The notes below the pieces were generated by a model. That model saw only the letters and a list, made by a program, of their open reading frames with translations, was not told the DNA's origin and did no database searches. This document shows positions 1-14,418 of a stretch of 64,000 bases of DNA, in pieces. Both the position numbers and the translations under genes were made by a program. The DNA lies in assembly GCA_044892525.1 (NCBI GenBank), contig CM097885.1:48424001-48488000 (forward strand). The letters run 5' to 3'. Position 1 is the first letter of the stretch; the number at the start of each line of letters is the position of its first letter. The DNA comes from Schmidtea polychroa (Eukaryota).

Positions 1-1283
1 GAGAATATTCAAAATATAATGCATTTTGGGTAAGAATAGAACATATATGTCGAAAATGTGTTTGAATGCCGATTTTGAAGACCATTGATAATAATTGTAT
101 ATAGATGTCCACATATTAAAAATCATTGTTGGCTCTCAACTCTACCACTTTCCTATGTTGTCAAATAAGCAGAACGAGCTGGAGTGCATTTCAGAAACTT
201 TCGATGTCTGTAATAGGCATCATGACATCAGAACCACGTCAACAAATTGAGAAAAAGATCAAGATCATGAGATTAGGAAGACACGTCAAAAAGAGATTTA
301 GTTTGAAGTACGACTGTAGCGAAAAGGAGCGTTTTCCAGTTACTCTGGCCAACTCTTCTTCCAGCTACGCCCAATCGTCCTCGAGTAAGTGCTTGCTAAA
401 ATAAGCATTCTAGTAATTAGATTTGTGATTTTAATTTAGTTGAAATTAAATTATAAATAATTATATGTTGTGTATAAATACTTAACAAGAATCGTGTTTA
501 AATACAAAATTACAAATTTACAATAATATTTTGAAGTAGAAATTATATAAGACATGCAAATGAATTTTATTTCAAAAATCAAGGCATAATAAGAATTAGA
601 GGATGAAATTTAAAGTCTGTCGAAGCCAAATTTGCGAAAGCATTCAATGCGAAGAATCGTAGAGATCAAGTACAAAAAAAGTCACATAAAATCTAACTGC
701 CGAAGTGCAAGTATTAGTGAGATTTAAGCTTGACAAATAGAAGAAATTTAGAATACAGTATGAAAAACATTATGAAATTCTATGATATGTATCAGTTCGG
801 TAATTTCAAAATTCAGTGAAGTCCAGAGATTAAATTAAGAAAGCGATGGAAGATAAATGAAGATGCAAAGAAAGAAGAAAATTAAAATGATGTTTGTTAT
901 AATAATAATTACGTTGTTTTAATATTATTTGTAAATATATATATTTTGTAAATGGAGGAAATTCTATTAAAGTTAAGATTTTGTCTCAATTGATTAAACT
1001 TATATTTTTCATTCTATTTATTTTATTGAATTGTAAAATTCACAAATAATTTTAAAAAATTTATCAACATTAATTTATTAAGTCAAAATTAATAGAAAAA
1101 ACTTTAAATATAGAAAAATTAAAATTTATTAGTTCTGCAATTTGGAGTGCTCAAACAATAATTGTCCACTTTGAGTGGTCCTATCTTGACATCAATGGAC
1201 ATTTATGTTGAATGTGATCTAATGAGGAACATTGTAAATTTTTCATTTTTATCTTTAATATATACATTTTGATTATATGATTC

Positions 1284-1994
1284 TTAATTTGAAACTGGAT
1301 CATTTTTCTCGACCTTAAAATTATAGGCTACATAAGATTTATTCCATGGATTATCAGGTGATTTCTCAAACTCTTTTAATAAAAGTTTTTTCAATTGACT
1401 AAATCGAAGTCCAGGATTTTCTTTCTTTATTTCTGGCATGCGCTTCTCTTCAAATGCCAAATAAGCTACCTTAACTTTCTTTTCCACATGTCTGACTGGT
1501 TTATCTTTATCATTTAAAATGTTAAGTTTTTCGTCAACATTTCTTGCTTCGTCGTCATCAAAATCTAATTTATTGACATTTTCTGGAATCAGATCTTCAA
1601 CCACCTCAACTACCTTTATCTTAATTCTTGCAGCTTCCTTTTGTTTCTTCTTCAATTCTTCTAATTGATAATGTGTAACTTTTTCTACAGGCGCTTTTTG
1701 ATTATTAATTTCATTCATTTCTTTCAAGTGCAAATTTTGAATTTCTTTCTTATTTTCTAAATGTTGTATCTTTTTTGCTTCTTTATTTTCCTAATAAAAT
1801 AATATTAAGAATTTAGTGTTGGAATAAAAATCTATTACTTTTCGTTGATTTTTCCTATTTGTATACTTATCATCATCTTTCCAATATTTATCTTCAATTG
1901 CTTTTTGTTTTAATTCAATTTCACAGTTTTTCTTTTCCTGCTTTCTTGCTTTTGCTTCCACAGCTTTAGTATTTGCAGACATTTTCTTAGCCAT
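1284..1994 (-). CDS. CCDC124: CCDC124/Lso2 homolog, copy 1; two exons (1994-1839, 1790-1284), 48-nt phase-0 intron, 220 aa
   Basis: The N-terminus MAKK..NTKAVEAKARK..KQKAIEDKYWKDDDK..RK and the C-terminus RHVEKKVKVAYLAFEE..KKENPGLRFSQLKKLLLKEFEKSPDNP match CCDC124 motifs. A GT..AG intron at 1838-1791 joins the two track ORFs in frame. Confidence 0.93.
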
Positions 1995-4389
1995 TTCTGA
2001 TAATGATAATAATATGACTAAAATGTACAAAATAAATAAAGTTCTTACTATTTCTGAGTTAAACTTGTAAAAATAGTTCAAACCATAAATTAATCTAAAC
2101 AAATATTTTGATGGAGATAAAATACGGAAATTTAACTAATGAAATGAAGATAGGAAAACAAAATTTAATCTTATATAACTCCAACAAATTGCGACCGTGG
2201 TATTCTGACCGAAATGACCCAGTACACTTGTTATATTTTTCAAGATTCTTTCGATATTTTTATTTGAAGTGACCCTGCAACATGTAATTGTAAGATATGA
2301 GCAAAACATTGTATATGAATGCAAATTCCTGATATTACTAGAAAATTTTGAGAAATCATAAAGAATCAAGACGAATCGAGGTAAATCGGAACATCAAAAT
2401 GCGATTATAATCATAAAGTACAAGAAGCCAAAACCGTTCAACAATGAATCTCATCTTTGTGATTGGGGGTTATACGTTTATTCACAGTTTGTTATGAAAA
2501 TATTGAATATGAAAAATGCGTTGGGAGTGTTATTATTATTTATTGAATATTAAAGACCACAAAGAGTCAGAAATACCGATTGTAGTTTATTTGTTTAATT
2601 AAAAACACAAAAATTATTATTATACACGAGTGGTTATCAAATTTATTGCATAATTCTAGTATTTGGGTTCAAATATCAGGATATATGACTTTTTCTTTTA
2701 TGGCAATAATAAAATAACTATATGTATAGTAAAATGATAAATGTTTTTAGGGAATGGTGGTTCAGTGGGCAAATACTCTTCTTGATTTTTGATGATGTCG
2801 GAAAGTTTTTGGTTCAAATTCCAGGAAGGATGACTTTTTTATTTTTTTTCAAAAATTTATTTTTAACATTTATTATTAGTAGAATATGAATCAGCATACT
2901 TTGTTTGCTATAAATTTAAAATTTCATAAAAATTGGTCAAGGATTTCTTATTTTAGGATAAAAAATAATATTTTGATATGAGACTCCAGTGGTTCTCACA
3001 CTTTGTGGCGTTATCGAAGTCCCTGGATCTAAATCCAAAGAGGCGTGATTTTTTCTTATATGATTATAATAAAATTAATATATGTATATTAAAATGATGT
3101 TTTAATGAGAATATTCAAAATATAATGCATTTTGGGTAAGAATAGAACATATATGTCGAAAATGTGTTTGAATGCCGATTTTGAAGACCATTGATAATAA
3201 TTGTATATAGATGTCCACATATTAAAAATCATTGTTGGCTCTCAACTCTACCACTTTCCTATGTTGTCAAATAAGCAGAACGAGCTGGAGTGCATTTCAG
3301 AAACTTTCGATGTCTGTAATAGGCATCATGACATCAGAACCACGTCAACAAATTGAGAAAAAGATCAAGATCATGAGATTAGGAAGACACGTCAAAAAGA
3401 GATTTAGTTTGAAGTACGACTGTAGCGAAAAGGAGCGTTTTCCAGTTACTCTGGCCAACTCTTCTTCCAGCTACGCCCAATCGTCCTCGAGTAAGTGCTT
3501 GCTAAAATAAGCATTCTAGTAATTAGATTTGTGATTTTAATTTAGTTGAAATTAAATTATAAATAATTATATGTTGTGTATAAATACTTAACAAGAATCG
3601 TGTTTAAATACAAAATTACAAATTTACAATAATATTTTGAAGTAGAAATTATATAAGACATGCAAATGAATTTTATTTCAAAAATCAAGGCATAATAAGA
3701 ATTAGAGGATGAAATTTAAAGTCTGTCGAAGCCAAATTTGCGAAAGCATTCAATGCGAAGAATCGTAGAGATCAAGTACAAAAAAAGTCACATAAAATCT
3801 AACTGCCGAAGTGCAAGTATTAGTGAGATTTAAGCTTGACAAATAGAAGAAATTTAGAATACAGTATGAAAAACATTATGAAATTCTATGATATGTATCA
3901 GTTCGGTAATTTCAAAATTCAGTGAAGTCCAGAGATTAAATTAAGAAAGCGATGGAAGATAAATGAAGATGCAAAGAAAGAAGAAAATTAAAATGATGTT
4001 TGTTATAATAATAATTACGTTGTTTTAATATTATTTGTAAATATATATATTTTGTAAATGGAGGAAATTCTATTAAAGTTAAGATTTTGTCTCAATTGAT
4101 TAAACTTATATTTTTCATTCTATTTATTTTATTGAATTGTAAAATTCACAAATAATTTTAAAAAATTTATCAACATTAATTTATTAAGTCAAAATTAATA
4201 GAAAAAACTTTAAATATAGAAAAATTAAAATTTATTAGTTCTGCAATTTGGAGTGCTCAAACAATAATTGTCCACTTTGAGTGGTCCTATCTTGACATCA
4301 ATGGACATTTATGTTGAATGTGATCTAATGAGGAACATTGTAAATTTTTCATTTTTATCTTTAATATATACATTTTGATTATATGATTC

Positions 4390-5100
4390 TTAATTTGAAA
4401 CTGGATCATTTTTCTCGACCTTAAAATTATAGGCTACATAAGATTTATTCCATGGATTATCAGGTGATTTCTCAAACTCTTTTAATAAAAGTTTTTTCAA
4501 TTGACTAAATCGAAGTCCAGGATTTTCTTTCTTTATTTCTGGCATGCGCTTCTCTTCAAATGCCAAATAAGCTACCTTAACTTTCTTTTCCACATGTCTG
4601 ACTGGTTTATCTTTATCATTTAAAATGTTAAGTTTTTCGTCAACATTTCTTGCTTCGTCGTCATCAAAATCTAATTTATTGACATTTTCTGGAATCAGAT
4701 CTTCAACCACCTCAACTACCTTTATCTTAATTCTTGCAGCTTCCTTTTGTTTCTTCTTCAATTCTTCTAATTGATAATGTGTAACTTTTTCTACAGGCGC
4801 TTTTTGATTATTAATTTCATTCATTTCTTTCAAGTGCAAATTTTGAATTTCTTTCTTATTTTCTAAATGTTGTATCTTTTTTGCTTCTTTATTTTCCTAA
4901 TAAAATAATATTAAGAATTTAGTGTTGGAATAAAAATCTATTACTTTTCGTTGATTTTTCCTATTTGTATACTTATCATCATCTTTCCAATATTTATCTT
5001 CAATTGCTTTTTGTTTTAATTCAATTTCACAGTTTTTCTTTTCCTGCTTTCTTGCTTTTGCTTCCACAGCTTTAGTATTTGCAGACATTTTCTTAGCCAT
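4390..5100 (-). CDS. CCDC124: CCDC124 homolog, copy 2 (intron 4897-4944)
   Basis: Same translation as copy 1 at +3106. Confidence 0.93.
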
Positions 5101-7495
5101 TTCTGATAATGATAATAATATGACTAAAATGTACAAAATAAATAAAGTTCTTACTATTTCTGAGTTAAACTTGTAAAAATAGTTCAAACCATAAATTAAT
5201 CTAAACAAATATTTTGATGGAGATAAAATACGGAAATTTAACTAATGAAATGAAGATAGGAAAACAAAATTTAATCTTATATAACTCCAACAAATTGCGA
5301 CCGTGGTATTCTGACCGAAATGACCCAGTACACTTGTTATATTTTTCAAGATTCTTTCGATATTTTTATTTGAAGTGACCCTGCAACATGTAATTGTAAG
5401 ATATGAGCAAAACATTGTATATGAATGCAAATTCCTGATATTACTAGAAAATTTTGAGAAATCATAAAGAATCAAGACGAATCGAGGTAAATCGGAACAT
5501 CAAAATGCGATTATAATCATAAAGTACAAGAAGCCAAAACCGTTCAACAATGAATCTCATCTTTGTGATTGGGGGTTATACGTTTATTCACAGTTTGTTA
5601 TGAAAATATTGAATATGAAAAATGCGTTGGGAGTGTTATTATTATTTATTGAATATTAAAGACCACAAAGAGTCAGAAATACCGATTGTAGTTTATTTGT
5701 TTAATTAAAAACACAAAAATTATTATTATACACGAGTGGTTATCAAATTTATTGCATAATTCTAGTATTTGGGTTCAAATATCAGGATATATGACTTTTT
5801 CTTTTATGGCAATAATAAAATAACTATATGTATAGTAAAATGATAAATGTTTTTAGGGAATGGTGGTTCAGTGGGCAAATACTCTTCTTGATTTTTGATG
5901 ATGTCGGAAAGTTTTTGGTTCAAATTCCAGGAAGGATGACTTTTTTATTTTTTTTCAAAAATTTATTTTTAACATTTATTATTAGTAGAATATGAATCAG
6001 CATACTTTGTTTGCTATAAATTTAAAATTTCATAAAAATTGGTCAAGGATTTCTTATTTTAGGATAAAAAATAATATTTTGATATGAGACTCCAGTGGTT
6101 CTCACACTTTGTGGCGTTATCGAAGTCCCTGGATCTAAATCCAAAGAGGCGTGATTTTTTCTTATATGATTATAATAAAATTAATATATGTATATTAAAA
6201 TGATGTTTTAATGAGAATATTCAAAATATAATGCATTTTGGGTAAGAATAGAACATATATGTCGAAAATGTGTTTGAATGCCGATTTTGAAGACCATTGA
6301 TAATAATTGTATATAGATGTCCACATATTAAAAATCATTGTTGGCTCTCAACTCTACCACTTTCCTATGTTGTCAAATAAGCAGAACGAGCTGGAGTGCA
6401 TTTCAGAAACTTTCGATGTCTGTAATAGGCATCATGACATCAGAACCACGTCAACAAATTGAGAAAAAGATCAAGATCATGAGATTAGGAAGACACGTCA
6501 AAAAGAGATTTAGTTTGAAGTACGACTGTAGCGAAAAGGAGCGTTTTCCAGTTACTCTGGCCAACTCTTCTTCCAGCTACGCCCAATCGTCCTCGAGTAA
6601 GTGCTTGCTAAAATAAGCATTCTAGTAATTAGATTTGTGATTTTAATTTAGTTGAAATTAAATTATAAATAATTATATGTTGTGTATAAATACTTAACAA
6701 GAATCGTGTTTAAATACAAAATTACAAATTTACAATAATATTTTGAAGTAGAAATTATATAAGACATGCAAATGAATTTTATTTCAAAAATCAAGGCATA
6801 ATAAGAATTAGAGGATGAAATTTAAAGTCTGTCGAAGCCAAATTTGCGAAAGCATTCAATGCGAAGAATCGTAGAGATCAAGTACAAAAAAAGTCACATA
6901 AAATCTAACTGCCGAAGTGCAAGTATTAGTGAGATTTAAGCTTGACAAATAGAAGAAATTTAGAATACAGTATGAAAAACATTATGAAATTCTATGATAT
7001 GTATCAGTTCGGTAATTTCAAAATTCAGTGAAGTCCAGAGATTAAATTAAGAAAGCGATGGAAGATAAATGAAGATGCAAAGAAAGAAGAAAATTAAAAT
7101 GATGTTTGTTATAATAATAATTACGTTGTTTTAATATTATTTGTAAATATATATATTTTGTAAATGGAGGAAATTCTATTAAAGTTAAGATTTTGTCTCA
7201 ATTGATTAAACTTATATTTTTCATTCTATTTATTTTATTGAATTGTAAAATTCACAAATAATTTTAAAAAATTTATCAACATTAATTTATTAAGTCAAAA
7301 TTAATAGAAAAAACTTTAAATATAGAAAAATTAAAATTTATTAGTTCTGCAATTTGGAGTGCTCAAACAATAATTGTCCACTTTGAGTGGTCCTATCTTG
7401 ACATCAATGGACATTTATGTTGAATGTGATCTAATGAGGAACATTGTAAATTTTTCATTTTTATCTTTAATATATACATTTTGATTATATGATTC

Positions 7496-8206
7496 TTAAT
7501 TTGAAACTGGATCATTTTTCTCGACCTTAAAATTATAGGCTACATAAGATTTATTCCATGGATTATCAGGTGATTTCTCAAACTCTTTTAATAAAAGTTT
7601 TTTCAATTGACTAAATCGAAGTCCAGGATTTTCTTTCTTTATTTCTGGCATGCGCTTCTCTTCAAATGCCAAATAAGCTACCTTAACTTTCTTTTCCACA
7701 TGTCTGACTGGTTTATCTTTATCATTTAAAATGTTAAGTTTTTCGTCAACATTTCTTGCTTCGTCGTCATCAAAATCTAATTTATTGACATTTTCTGGAA
7801 TCAGATCTTCAACCACCTCAACTACCTTTATCTTAATTCTTGCAGCTTCCTTTTGTTTCTTCTTCAATTCTTCTAATTGATAATGTGTAACTTTTTCTAC
7901 AGGCGCTTTTTGATTATTAATTTCATTCATTTCTTTCAAGTGCAAATTTTGAATTTCTTTCTTATTTTCTAAATGTTGTATCTTTTTTGCTTCTTTATTT
8001 TCCTAATAAAATAATATTAAGAATTTAGTGTTGGAATAAAAATCTATTACTTTTCGTTGATTTTTCCTATTTGTATACTTATCATCATCTTTCCAATATT
8101 TATCTTCAATTGCTTTTTGTTTTAATTCAATTTCACAGTTTTTCTTTTCCTGCTTTCTTGCTTTTGCTTCCACAGCTTTAGTATTTGCAGACATTTTCTT
8201 AGCCAT
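7496..8206 (-). CDS. CCDC124: CCDC124 homolog, copy 3 (intron 8003-8050)
   Basis: Same translation as copy 1. Confidence 0.93.
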
Positions 8207-10601
8207 TTCTGATAATGATAATAATATGACTAAAATGTACAAAATAAATAAAGTTCTTACTATTTCTGAGTTAAACTTGTAAAAATAGTTCAAACCATAA
8301 ATTAATCTAAACAAATATTTTGATGGAGATAAAATACGGAAATTTAACTAATGAAATGAAGATAGGAAAACAAAATTTAATCTTATATAACTCCAACAAA
8401 TTGCGACCGTGGTATTCTGACCGAAATGACCCAGTACACTTGTTATATTTTTCAAGATTCTTTCGATATTTTTATTTGAAGTGACCCTGCAACATGTAAT
8501 TGTAAGATATGAGCAAAACATTGTATATGAATGCAAATTCCTGATATTACTAGAAAATTTTGAGAAATCATAAAGAATCAAGACGAATCGAGGTAAATCG
8601 GAACATCAAAATGCGATTATAATCATAAAGTACAAGAAGCCAAAACCGTTCAACAATGAATCTCATCTTTGTGATTGGGGGTTATACGTTTATTCACAGT
8701 TTGTTATGAAAATATTGAATATGAAAAATGCGTTGGGAGTGTTATTATTATTTATTGAATATTAAAGACCACAAAGAGTCAGAAATACCGATTGTAGTTT
8801 ATTTGTTTAATTAAAAACACAAAAATTATTATTATACACGAGTGGTTATCAAATTTATTGCATAATTCTAGTATTTGGGTTCAAATATCAGGATATATGA
8901 CTTTTTCTTTTATGGCAATAATAAAATAACTATATGTATAGTAAAATGATAAATGTTTTTAGGGAATGGTGGTTCAGTGGGCAAATACTCTTCTTGATTT
9001 TTGATGATGTCGGAAAGTTTTTGGTTCAAATTCCAGGAAGGATGACTTTTTTATTTTTTTTCAAAAATTTATTTTTAACATTTATTATTAGTAGAATATG
9101 AATCAGCATACTTTGTTTGCTATAAATTTAAAATTTCATAAAAATTGGTCAAGGATTTCTTATTTTAGGATAAAAAATAATATTTTGATATGAGACTCCA
9201 GTGGTTCTCACACTTTGTGGCGTTATCGAAGTCCCTGGATCTAAATCCAAAGAGGCGTGATTTTTTCTTATATGATTATAATAAAATTAATATATGTATA
9301 TTAAAATGATGTTTTAATGAGAATATTCAAAATATAATGCATTTTGGGTAAGAATAGAACATATATGTCGAAAATGTGTTTGAATGCCGATTTTGAAGAC
9401 CATTGATAATAATTGTATATAGATGTCCACATATTAAAAATCATTGTTGGCTCTCAACTCTACCACTTTCCTATGTTGTCAAATAAGCAGAACGAGCTGG
9501 AGTGCATTTCAGAAACTTTCGATGTCTGTAATAGGCATCATGACATCAGAACCACGTCAACAAATTGAGAAAAAGATCAAGATCATGAGATTAGGAAGAC
9601 ACGTCAAAAAGAGATTTAGTTTGAAGTACGACTGTAGCGAAAAGGAGCGTTTTCCAGTTACTCTGGCCAACTCTTCTTCCAGCTACGCCCAATCGTCCTC
9701 GAGTAAGTGCTTGCTAAAATAAGCATTCTAGTAATTAGATTTGTGATTTTAATTTAGTTGAAATTAAATTATAAATAATTATATGTTGTGTATAAATACT
9801 TAACAAGAATCGTGTTTAAATACAAAATTACAAATTTACAATAATATTTTGAAGTAGAAATTATATAAGACATGCAAATGAATTTTATTTCAAAAATCAA
9901 GGCATAATAAGAATTAGAGGATGAAATTTAAAGTCTGTCGAAGCCAAATTTGCGAAAGCATTCAATGCGAAGAATCGTAGAGATCAAGTACAAAAAAAGT
10001 CACATAAAATCTAACTGCCGAAGTGCAAGTATTAGTGAGATTTAAGCTTGACAAATAGAAGAAATTTAGAATACAGTATGAAAAACATTATGAAATTCTA
10101 TGATATGTATCAGTTCGGTAATTTCAAAATTCAGTGAAGTCCAGAGATTAAATTAAGAAAGCGATGGAAGATAAATGAAGATGCAAAGAAAGAAGAAAAT
10201 TAAAATGATGTTTGTTATAATAATAATTACGTTGTTTTAATATTATTTGTAAATATATATATTTTGTAAATGGAGGAAATTCTATTAAAGTTAAGATTTT
10301 GTCTCAATTGATTAAACTTATATTTTTCATTCTATTTATTTTATTGAATTGTAAAATTCACAAATAATTTTAAAAAATTTATCAACATTAATTTATTAAG
10401 TCAAAATTAATAGAAAAAACTTTAAATATAGAAAAATTAAAATTTATTAGTTCTGCAATTTGGAGTGCTCAAACAATAATTGTCCACTTTGAGTGGTCCT
10501 ATCTTGACATCAATGGACATTTATGTTGAATGTGATCTAATGAGGAACATTGTAAATTTTTCATTTTTATCTTTAATATATACATTTTGATTATATGATT
10601 C

Positions 10602-11312
10602 TTAATTTGAAACTGGATCATTTTTCTCGACCTTAAAATTATAGGCTACATAAGATTTATTCCATGGATTATCAGGTGATTTCTCAAACTCTTTTAATAA
10701 AAGTTTTTTCAATTGACTAAATCGAAGTCCAGGATTTTCTTTCTTTATTTCTGGCATGCGCTTCTCTTCAAATGCCAAATAAGCTACCTTAACTTTCTTT
10801 TCCACATGTCTGACTGGTTTATCTTTATCATTTAAAATGTTAAGTTTTTCGTCAACATTTCTTGCTTCGTCGTCATCAAAATCTAATTTATTGACATTTT
10901 CTGGAATCAGATCTTCAACCACCTCAACTACCTTTATCTTAATTCTTGCAGCTTCCTTTTGTTTCTTCTTCAATTCTTCTAATTGATAATGTGTAACTTT
11001 TTCTACAGGCGCTTTTTGATTATTAATTTCATTCATTTCTTTCAAGTGCAAATTTTGAATTTCTTTCTTATTTTCTAAATGTTGTATCTTTTTTGCTTCT
11101 TTATTTTCCTAATAAAATAATATTAAGAATTTAGTGTTGGAATAAAAATCTATTACTTTTCGTTGATTTTTCCTATTTGTATACTTATCATCATCTTTCC
11201 AATATTTATCTTCAATTGCTTTTTGTTTTAATTCAATTTCACAGTTTTTCTTTTCCTGCTTTCTTGCTTTTGCTTCCAAAGCTTTAGTATTTGCAGACAT
11301 TTTTTTAGCCAT
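10602..11312 (-). CDS. CCDC124: CCDC124 homolog, copy 4 (V12L variant)
   Basis: Same structure; reads NTKALEAK instead of NTKAVEAK. Confidence 0.93.
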
Positions 11313-13707
11313 TGCTGATAATGATAATAATATGACTAAAATATACAAAATAAATAAAGTTCTTACTATTTCTGAGTTAAACTTGTAAAAATAGTTCAAA
11401 CCATAAATTAATCTAAACAAATATTTTGATGGAGATAAAATACGGAAATTTAACTAATGAAATGAAGATAGGAAAACAAAATTTAATCTTATATAACTCC
11501 AACAAATTGCGACCGTGGTATTCTGACCGAAATGACCCAGTACACTTGTTATATTTTTCAAGATTCTTTCGATATTTTTATTTGAAGTGACCCTGCAACA
11601 TGTAATTGTAAGATATGAGCAAAACATTGTATATGAATGCAAATTCCTGATATTACTAGAAAATTTTGAGAAATCATAAAGAATCAAGACGAATCGAGGT
11701 AAATCGGAACATCAAAATGCGATTATAATCATAAAGTACAAGAAGCCAAAACCGTTCAACAATGAATCTCATCTTTGTGATTGGGGGTTATACGTTTATT
11801 CACAGTTTGTTATGAAAATATTGAATATGAAAAATGCGTTGGGAGTGTTATTATTATTTATTGAATATTAAAGACCACAAAGAGTCAGAAATACCGATTG
11901 TAGTTTATTTGTTTAATTAAAAACACAAAAATTATTATTATACACGAGTGGTTATCAAATTTATTGCATAATTCTAGTATTTGGGTTCAAATATCAGGAT
12001 ATATGACTTTTTCTTTTATGGCAATAATAAAATAACTATATGTATAGTAAAATGATAAATGTTTTTAGGGAATGGTGGTTCAGTGGGCAAATACTCTTCT
12101 TGATTTTTGATGATGTCGGAAAGTTTTTGGTTCAAATTCCAGGAAGGATGACTTTTTTATTTTTTTTCAAAAATTTATTTTTAACATTTATTATTAGTAG
12201 AATATGAATCAGCATACTTTGTTTGCTATAAATTTAAAATTTCATAAAAATTGGTCAAGGATTTCTTATTTTAGGATAAAAAATAATATTTTGATATGAG
12301 ACTCCAGTGGTTCTCACACTTTGTGGCGTTATCGAAGTCCCTGGATCTAAATCCAAAGAGGCGTGATTTTTTCTTATATGATTATAATAAAATTAATATA
12401 TGTATATTAAAATGATGTTTTAATGAGAATATTCAAAATATAATGCATTTTGGGTAAGAATAGAACATATATGTCGAAAATGTGTTTGAATGCCGATTTT
12501 GAAGACCATTGATAATAATTGTATATAGATGTCCACATATTAAAAATCATTGTTGGCTCTCAACTCTACCACTTTCCTATGTTGTCAAATAAGCAGAACG
12601 AGCTGGAGTGCATTTCAGAAACTTTCGATGTCTGTAATAGGCATCATGACATCAGAACCACGTCAACAAATTGAGAAAAAGATCAAGATCATGAGATTAG
12701 GAAGACACGTCAAAAAGAGATTTAGTTTGAAGTACGACTGTAGCGAAAAGGAGCGTTTTCCAGTTACTCTGGCCAACTCTTCTTCCAGCTACGCCCAATC
12801 GTCCTCGAGTAAGTGCTTGCTAAAATAAGCATTCTAGTAATTAGATTTGTGATTTTAATTTAGTTGAAATTAAATTATAAATAATTATATGTTGTGTATA
12901 AATACTTAACAAGAATCGTGTTTAAATACAAAATTACAAATTTACAATAATATTTTGAAGTAGAAATTATATAAGACATGCAAATGAATTTTATTTCAAA
13001 AATCAAGGCATAATAAGAATTAGAGGATGAAATTTAAAGTCTGTCGAAGCCAAATTTGCGAAAGCATTCAATGCGAAGAATCGTAGAGATCAAGTACAAA
13101 AAAAGTCACATAAAATCTAACTGCCGAAGTGCAAGTATTAGTGAGATTTAAGCTTGACAAATAGAAGAAATTTAGAATACAGTATGAAAAACATTATGAA
13201 ATTCTATGATATGTATCAGTTCGGTAATTTCAAAATTCAGTGAAGTCCAGAGATTAAATTAAGAAAGCGATGGAAGATAAATGAAGATGCAAAGAAAGAA
13301 GAAAATTAAAATGATGTTTGTTATAATAATAATTACGTTGTTTTAATATTATTTGTAAATATATATATTTTGTAAATGGAGGAAATTCTATTAAAGTTAA
13401 GATTTTGTCTCAATTGATTAAACTTATATTTTTCATTCTATTTATTTTATTGAATTGTAAAATTCACAAATAATTTTAAAAAATTTATCAACATTAATTT
13501 ATTAAGTCAAAATTAATAGAAAAAACTTTAAATATAGAAAAATTAAAATTTATTAGTTCTGCAATTTGGAGTGCTCAAACAATAATTGTCCACTTTGAGT
13601 GGTCCTATCTTGACATCAATGGACATTTATGTTGAATGTGATCTAATGAGGAACATTGTAAATTTTTCATTTTTATCTTTAATATATACATTTTGATTAT
13701 ATGATTC

Positions 13708-14418
13708 TTAATTTGAAACTGGATCATTTTTCTCGACCTTAAAATTATAGGCTACATAAGATTTATTCCATGGATTATCAGGTGATTTCTCAAACTCTTT
13801 TAATAAAAGTTTTTTCAATTGACTAAATCGAAGTCCAGGATTTTCTTTCTTTATTTCTGGCATGCGCTTCTCTTCAAATGCCAAATAAGCTACCTTAACT
13901 TTCTTTTCCACATGTCTGACTGGTTTATCTTTATCATTTAAAATGTTAAGTTTTTCGTCAACATTTCTTGCTTCGTCGTCATCAAAATCTAATTTATTGA
14001 CATTTTCTGGAATCAGATCTTCAACCACCTCAACTACCTTTATCTTAATTCTTGCAGCTTCCTTTTGTTTCTTCTTCAATTCTTCTAATTGATAATGTGT
14101 AACTTTTTCTACAGGCGCTTTTTGATTATTAATTTCATTCATTTCTTTCAAGTGCAAATTTTGAATTTCTTTCTTATTTTCTAAATGTTGTATCTTTTTT
14201 GCTTCTTTATTTTCCTAATAAAATAATATTAAGAATTTAGTGTTGGAATAAAAATCTATTACTTTTCGTTGATTTTTCCTATTTGTATACTTATCATCAT
14301 CTTTCCAATATTTATCTTCAATTGCTTTTTGTTTTAATTCAATTTCACAGTTTTTCTTTTCCTGCTTTCTTGCTTTTGCTTCCAAAGCTTTAGTATTTGC
14401 AGACATTTTTTTAGCCAT
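13708..14418 (-). CDS. CCDC124: CCDC124 homolog, copy 5 (V12L variant)
   Basis: Same variant set as copy 4. Confidence 0.93.

Noticed and set aside
126..404. 92-aa plus-strand ORF repeated in each unit
   Set aside because: Non-ATG start and no recognisable motif. The region looks like decayed exon fragments with stops in all frames, and its recurrence only reflects the array.
1995..2102. Hydrophobic N-terminal extension (signal-peptide-like) on CCDC124 in the ORF track
   Set aside because: It arises from a TTG start in AT-rich upstream sequence. Family homology begins at MAKK (1994).
2136..2369. 77-aa minus-strand ORF in each unit
   Set aside because: Non-ATG start, no homology I can recognise, and not needed for the CCDC124 model.
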